Source of the DNA: Psammoneis japonica
Taxonomy: Eukaryota
Reading direction: 5' to 3'
Length of the DNA stretch: 53,625 nt
NCBI GenBank assembly: GCA_008632985.1
Contig: QPGO01000332.1
Coordinates: 1 to 53,625 of the forward strand
Shown here: positions 46,818 to 53,625 of the stretch, in pieces
Layout: each line of letters begins with the position of its first letter
Position numbering within the stretch: the first letter of the stretch is position 1
Program-made: the position numbers and the translations under genes
The notes under the pieces: model-generated
Databases searched by the model: none
What the model saw: the letters and a program-made list of their open reading frames with translations, nothing else
Told to the model about the DNA's origin: nothing

Positions 46818-49800
46818 CTTTCTCGTTCATCCTTTGGTCGACCTGGATCGGGAGGCTGGGTGGTGGGGACAGGTGGTCAGGAGTGGAGAGTGCTTCACCA
46901 GTGCGCCATGACGCCTCTCCAAATCCCAAGCTGGACAGCAGGGCCAGAGGGCGGGAGAGGTGGGAGCGATTAAAACCATCAAGTTGTTGCTTTGCTCTTC
47001 GGAAGAATGAGAGGTGCAACGGGGAAAACAATTGTCCCGAGGTCAGAGGGTCATTTTCAACGGTTTTTCTGTGGGGTGACGATGACCAACGGTCACAGGC
47101 CCCTCTCGTCCGTTGGACTTTTCAAGGACAGCGGCTGCCACCACTTTTCTCATTCATCCTTCGGTCAACCCGGATCAGGAGGCCAGGCAGTGGGGACAGG
47201 TGGTTGGGAGTGGAGAGTGCTTTGCCAGTGCACCATGATGCCTCTCCAAATCCCAAGCTGGACGCCAGGGCCGCCAGCGCCTCCCAATGAAAACAACGTG
47301 GAGTCGGAACGGGCCACGAGGCTTGGGTGGGTGGGTGGGCCCGGCTGGCGGGCTGGTGGTGAATCACGGGGGTTCTGGATGAAGGGGAACCTCTGCGTTG
47401 GGGTGGAGGACAAAGTCTCCACCTGCCAGCATGCGTCTGGCAAAGTTGCGCATGATGGGTTCTGCCTGGAGATGAAGGTGACAAAGCATCTCATCCGATC
47501 GCCACCAGCCCAAGAGCCGGATGACGTCAGTGTCAACACGGGTGCAAAGCAAGGCCATGGCGCCGGCGGCGCGGAGACAACGGGCCAAAATGTCGGAAGG
47601 GTTGAAACCCAGGTTGGCAGGGCGCCAATGGCAACGACGGCGGTGCGCAGCACGGAGGAGATGTCCGCCGGTGAAACACGATGCCATCGATTGTTGGCAA
47701 AATGAACTCCCAACGGGGTGTCTGGGAGCACGCCATGAGCGCAGAGGTGTTTGACGCGTTCAACAAGAGCAAGGACAGGGCAAAGTTGTGGGTGGCCGCA
47801 GCGGCCTAAACCGACAACTTCGCCGCGGACGCCGTTCTTTTGATCGGTGAACGCAAGTGTTACGAAGGTGGCGGCATCAAGTTGGGCGTCAGTGGCTGTC
47901 CAAATGTCAAGGTAAACACCGCCCAAGGAGAGCCGTATGTCAGCTGGGCGGAAGGGGGTGGTGTCAGACGGGGTGGCGGTGTGTTCGCCAGGCCGAAGGA
48001 GAAAAAAGTGAGCCAGCGCAATCATGCTGGCAATGGCCTTGGTTCCTGTGTGGGGTGTGAAGGCGGCAGCGTGGAGGATCCAAAAGAGGATGGCAACGGG
48101 GACCAGTTTGACCCGGTCGGGTGGAGGATCCTCTTTCTTATAATGGCAAATTTGTTGGCTGAGACCCGTCGCAGGCATGTAATTTTTGCCTGCAATTTTT
48201 AGCAAGCGCCTGGAATTTTTTGTACAAAAACAGACTCATCATCGTCCATGATGGCAACAAACATCAGAATGTTGAACAACAATGGCAACCAACAATCAAC
48301 GACGAACTTCAACCAGCAAGAGATGCAAGAACTCGTTGATGGCGAACTGTTGTGACACATGTGTGAAAGAAACAATGGCGAAAAACGATGAGATTGCCAT
48401 TGTTAACGGACAACAAAATGAAGGCAAGTTCATGCCATTTCAGAAGAAAAACACGTCATGTGGTCGCTGAAACCTTGGCCACGGATGCAACAGCAACATG
48501 TGATGTTAATCACGTCATTGCAAATGGACCAGACTTGTCAGAACAATGATTTCATGTGTGCAAGGTTGCAGCGGAGCCGCCGAATGCCATGGTGTTTTGA
48601 CGCTGTCAACAGAATGTTCAGCTTCGTGCACACATGAGTTAATTAAAATTAGAGATGTGGAGTCATACCTGCTTCGATGTCAACAATTTTTGAGGAACAC
48701 ACATTCCATGAATGTGTCATTCCTCGCAGAATTACAGACATCCAATTTCACACTCTCGCAGTCGTGAGAAAATCTGGTGTGATTTTGGGGTGTAGATTTG
48801 CGCGATGCGCGTTTTTACACCCCCAAATTACACCCCGAATTACACCCCAATTTCCACGACTGCAACGGGTCTGAGGCGGAAGTCCAACTGGCCTTGGGAT
48901 GTGTGTCTGGGGTCTGGGGTCCCCATTGCCAAGAACGTTTGCCCAACTGAACGCACGGCATCCTCAGCGGTGCGTGCGTGGACGGGATTTCCGCGGGGGG
49001 CGATGGCGCCAGTCCGGCACCGATGCAGGAAGACTTGAAGGTAGACGATGGGGTTGGGAACATCTTCGAGGAGTGGGTCGAAAACCAGTTGGGTGCTGAA
49101 GTTGGACCAGAGACTCCAGTGGGAATCGGCGGCGGAGGAACATGAAGCAGTGACACCATGGGCAACGGCGTGTTGCGCAGCACTGAGATCACGAATGAAC
49201 GCAGCGCGGGTGGTGGGGTCCACATTCACCAGGAGGAGATCTGTGGACAAGTGGAGTCAAAATGGTGCAAGAAATCAGAGTTAGAGAGGCGCTGCATGCG
49301 AGAAGCATCGTCTGCTGCACTGTTGAGGGGGCCGGGTGCACAGTCGTGGAGGCCAGTGTGATGGTGACAGCGTTGGTGGTGGGCTTGGCCCCGGAGGAGA
49401 TGGGAGGCCAGTTTGATGGTTGTGCTGGCTCCTTTGCGTTGCTGAAACATGGTGCCGAGGTTGTCGGCATGGGAAAGGAAAGTTCATTCCCTGATGTCGC
49501 AGCAATCCGCCATGGCACAGGACTGAATGAAGCTGCCTGTGAGCTCAAGGTCAGTGTTGGTGATGGGACCCTTGGGGTTTTCGCAGGTGCCAAGGCTGGC
49601 GGTGATGTCCTTGGGAAAGGGCATCTGCCACACAATGGGGTCCAGGCATGTGTGAGGGTGGATGCGTCCGGTGCCAGTGCGGAGTTGAGTGGCTCGTGGT
49701 GTGGCTGTGGGAGTTGGCAGTGGGACGCCCCCGGCACCATGGCCGGCTGCATCGTGACAACCCCCAACAGTGGGCTCCAACAGGACTGGCTCTTGAATGC

Positions 49801-52800
49801 GGGTGGGGTGTGCATCGAGCGTCGTACACAGGTCTCGAAAGTCATCGAGAATGGCGTGCACATTCTCCGCAAGCCGGAGGCGTGCGTCGGGTGTGGCATG
49901 GCAGAGATTCTCCTGCAGAACAGAGAAGAGTCCTCGAGCTCTGGGCAAGGCAATGGCGAGCAAACGCAATTCGCCCAAGAGCTTCTGGCAATCAAGGACA
50001 GTGGTGCGGCGGCGGCTCCGGGGAAAGTCCTGGTGCAGTGTGTGGCAAAGGCGTTCTCGGCGGCGTGGTGTCAGCCGCAAGGTCATCGACTGAGTGTCGA
50101 TCAACCAACCGAGGACCTCCTTCTGTGTGGTCCACGTTGCATTGCCCTTGCGGAGCTTTTTGATGGACATGGGCTCCTTGCGAGTGGGCGAGTTGTGGAA
50201 ATCGGTGGGGCGGAAGATGTCGTCGATGGCGTGCATGACAACTCGGTGTACATTGCCGCGGGCAGTCTTGTCGCCCTGGGCTGCACCGATGAAGTCGTCA
50301 ACACAAATGTCGATGCATGCTAGATGCCAACATTTAGAATGGTTTGGGTGTGGGTCGGATTGGGCTGGAATGGGGATGGAGAGCGCCGGGTCTGGTGGTG
50401 GCGTCGGTTGATGTGTCGGCGGATGGCTCTCAGCGAGTCGCTCCAATTGGTGTGGCGGTGCTGTGACATTGTGGAGCAAGGCCTGATTGGATGAGTCAGC
50501 CACAGTCTTGGTGCCTGCACTGAAGATTGGTGGCGAATTAGCCCAGCCCATGGGCAGGCATGTCGGCATTGCCACAAGGCGTGGCTCACCTGGCAATTGT
50601 GGGAAGGAGACACCCAACAGAGGTGCACGATCTTCAGACAGGAAAACTCGGCAGAAACCATCCGACAGGTCTATCTTCATGAGATGGACTCACCCCTTTT
50701 TTTGGTTGGCGAGGAGAATGTGCCAAAGTGAACGGTCCAATGCTCGGCCGAATTGCATGGCCCCCATGGGGGCACTGGGCTGCATGGCTTGATTGACCCC
50801 AAAGCAGGAGCAATCAACAATGGGACGGGGCTGTCTGGCATGTTGGGGTGCCACGCCTGTTGGACTGAGGTGCAGACCGGGAACGGTCTTCACCTCCTCA
50901 TGCGGCAACACAACCCAAAAACCTTTTGCAATGTAGCCGTGCATGTCTTCGCGCAAAAAGTCGATGTGCTCCCAAGCGGACTTGTGTGGTCCCCTGGCGA
51001 CACTTGCTTCTAGCTCTTCAGCCGTCCACCGGGCATTGGCGACCATGATGGGCGCTCCCCGTGTCTGACAATGGCGCAAAAGCCTGTGGGCTGGATGCCC
51101 TGCGGCTTTGCAGAGCTGACCCCAGTCCCCTCTCTTCCTGCGATGGCGAAGGAGGTAACTGAGACCTTTTTGACGAAGTGCAAGTGCATCCTTAAGAATT
51201 TGCTTGCCCAGTTTGTCCAGCTCAGAGTTGGCAATGGTTTGCCCATGGAGGGTGGGACGACCATGGCTCTGCTGAGCACGTGGATTCTCCACCTGTGGGG
51301 GTGGCGGGCCTGGAGCCGTCACCGGCTCCAGATGAAAAGGCTCTCAGCAGTCGGTCCCCGAACCGATGCTGCTGCCAAATTCTTGTTCAGTTTTCCAATG
51401 CTCCGTGGCCCATTTGAGGAGCGAGGACTGCTCTGCGTTGGTGTGGCGTCCATGGTGGTCATTGCGGGATCCACAATTGGTGTTGCATTGCCTCTTGATG
51501 TGGCAGGGAAGGCAACGGGCAGTGCCATTTGAGTCAACGGGCAAGGCAATGTTGTTGCGAGCGCAGCGCTGCTTGACATCACGCAAGCGGACGTTTGGGC
51601 GATCACGAACGGAAGAAAAACGGTCATCGCAGTTTTCATTGTGAACAATGGAATTGTCGCCCGGAGTCTGAGCTTGCCCAGCAGGTGAGGGTGCAGGTGC
51701 TTGGGCTGATCCCAGATGCTGAAGCGGTCCCGTCGAGCTGTGTGTCGGTGGGCCTTGAGGTCGAACGGCAATTGGCAGCGGACGTTGCCAATTGCCCTTG
51801 GCCGCCTCGTAAATGACATTCTTGGGCGTGAACAGAACGGGATTGTGCATGGACTCTTGATCTTTAAACCAATGATGGATTTCGATCTGAACACAGCGCT
51901 GGAAATCTGCGGGCAGCGCAGGGTGACACGTCATCTGCAGCGCAAGATCATTGGTGCAAACGTCCAAGGAGTGGCGCAGGTCCATGAGACAACAGACGAC
52001 CGGGGGTGGGCAGCGCCTGAGGCCGCGGACAGGACCACCCAGAGTCCATCAAGTGAGTGTTGGACAGCCTGCACAGTGGCAGCAACCTTCGCATCGTCCG
52101 GTGCTTCAAGAACCACAGTGTCGGACAAAGATGGCGTGCCCATGCCACCATGAATCTGGTGGCACAGAGCCACACGGTGTGCCATCTGTTCCACCTGTTG
52201 AGGAGCAGTGAGGCCGAAAATGAAAGGGTTGACACCTTGAGCGAGGTCATCTTTGTTGTGTCCGGCCAATGAGAGTTGGGCGAGCTTGGTGACCATGCTC
52301 ACTGAGATTGGAATCTCAAAACAGACGCTTTGTGCCTGACGTTGCTCATCCACAGTGTTCTGCACTGTGGCGATCCGTCCCGTCTTGGGCGCAGCAGCCA
52401 AACGTTGCCACAAGGGCAGCAGCTGGTTCTCTTGATGCACCTGGCACAATCACATGAGCTTTGTAACCCCGTGTTCTCCACAGAACTGCACCGGTGTCTT
52501 TCTGCGATTGGCTGCCTGCTGGCGGGCCTGGGCATCCAAACGCTGTTGCTGTTGTTCCGCGGTGAGATCGTCAACAGCGCGAATGACCGGCTGAAAATTG
52601 CGGTCCTGGCATGGCCGGTGCCCCAAATCCAGGGAGATCGTGTTGTGTGCATTGGTCGAAAAAACGAATCAGGTGCTCGTTGGGTGGTTGGGGGAGAGTG
52701 GGGTCACTCGGTGCAAACCGCCGACTCCTTGCCATCAACTTGCATCGTGACACATGTGACACGAAGAAAATCCAGAAGTGCCCGGCAATCGGCCACTCTG

Positions 52801-53300
52801 TTTGCCACGTCAAGCGCTCCACACACGCGTGTGTGCACCTCCTTGGGGGTCAACGGTTCTGGTGGAGTGACTTGACCAAATCAAATGGCACGAACATGGT
52901 CCCTCTAGTCCGCACCTCCTCCGAGTCCACGTCGTGTGCTGCTGCAGCAGGATGCAACCCATGTGTGGAGAGGTCGTTGGATGACAAGGAAGAGTCAAGT
53001 GCCCGATGAGCTGTTGAATGCAAATTTGCATTCCCAGAGTTGCTCCTCCTCCCGACCACTTTGACGCAAGCATTGGGTGACAGGTTGGGTCCCGATGCAC
53101 CTTGTGACGCCAAGTTTGACATTTCGCAAGCAACAGAGAGACATTGTGGATTACGATTTAAGTGACCGAGCATGCGCTGGAAGGAGCAATGGCAACAGGG
53201 ACAATTGATTGCGTCTTCACCCTTGTTTTCGGACTGCGGCAGTTCCATTTTGGTGTTTTTGTGGAAAGAAACGATCACGCATCGGCGAGAACAATTCTGC
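46816..53300 (-). mobile_element. Tyrosine-recombinase retrotransposon (DIRS group, Ngaro/PAT-like split direct repeats); 5' end not resolved
   Basis: Gag-like ORFs 53278-51344 (CLPCHIKRQCNTNC...DH). RT/RNase H 51322-49230 (KIDLSDGF, LPMGWANSP, CVDDF, DAAGHGAGG, TNTDLEL). YR 49250-47364 (FFLLRPGE, LRAAGAMAL, GWWRSDEMLCHLH). ~130-bp direct repeats at 47142-47272 and 46816-46945. Confidence 0.88.
48163..48871. mobile_element. 709-bp MITE (PIF/Harbinger-like) inserted in the tyrosine recombinase ORF
   Basis: 12-bp TIR GACCCGTCGCAG / CTGCAACGGGTC and 3-bp TSD TGA (48160-48162, 48872-48874). Excision restores LDFRLSQQICHYKKEDPPP. TACACCCC subterminal repeats at 48780-48850. Confidence 0.88.
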
Positions 53301-53625
53301 GAATGGACGCGGCTGAGGTTTGGTCATGTGGACGGTGTGTGTTGTCAGGGTGGGCAGGATGCAAGACACAAAATTGGCGCAAAAATGGCGATCATTGATC
53401 ATTTTGCATCAATGAATGCTTTTGCAGTTGCCTGACAAAAGGATGCGTTGGGACAATTGAACACTTTCAGGTTGTGCAACAAATGAGAATGCAAAAACTT
53501 GCCAACGGAAAGGGAAGAGCAAGTTAGAACACAGTCTTCGGAACATTTTGTGATCACCGCTCACTGTCAATTCGTTGACTTGCGCACGCAGTGAAAAGGC
53601 TCGGGTTGTCCCATGTCCGTCAGTT

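Noticed and set aside
49262..50323. 353-aa plus-strand ORF
   Set aside because: It is the antisense shadow of the RT/RNase H region, kept open by stop-codon depletion.
46816..51322. RT plus two variant repeats as a diversity-generating retroelement (adenine mutagenesis)
   Set aside because: The RT is DIRS-type with RNase H and a tyrosine recombinase. Repeat differences are symmetric YpR transitions, not A-to-N changes in a target gene.

Overview
Eukaryotic genomic DNA with short GT-AG introns; the gene and transposon families look like those of a pennate diatom (inference). Gene islands at about 1.2-6.7 kb and 16.1-26.7 kb carry an ADE2-type PurK-PurE fusion, an LRR membrane protein, a histidine phosphatase, a frameshifted ThrE-like transporter and its partial duplicate, a TLC-domain protein, a PAS hybrid histidine kinase and a broken secreted EEP/sphingomyelinase-like gene. 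Nested transposon blocks lie between them: two PIF1/Helitron-like relics, a full-length Copia with a MITE inside it, a gag-only LTR element, and a tyrosine-recombinase (DIRS-group) retroelement with its own MITE. The main observation is a repeat-targeted, two-strand hypermutation that removes TpA (TA to TG or CA, i.e. A:T to G:C), the opposite direction to fungal RIP, alongside ordinary CpG decay. It turns conserved Tyr into Cys/His in RT, integrase and recombinase, erases stop codons, and mostly spares YTAR contexts. It acted after insertion (LTR pairs differ only at YpR sites), leaks into a neighbouring host gene, and left one nested MITE largely untouched. It may be an undescribed genome-defence mutator; the enzyme is not visible in this window. 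All counts were made by eye.
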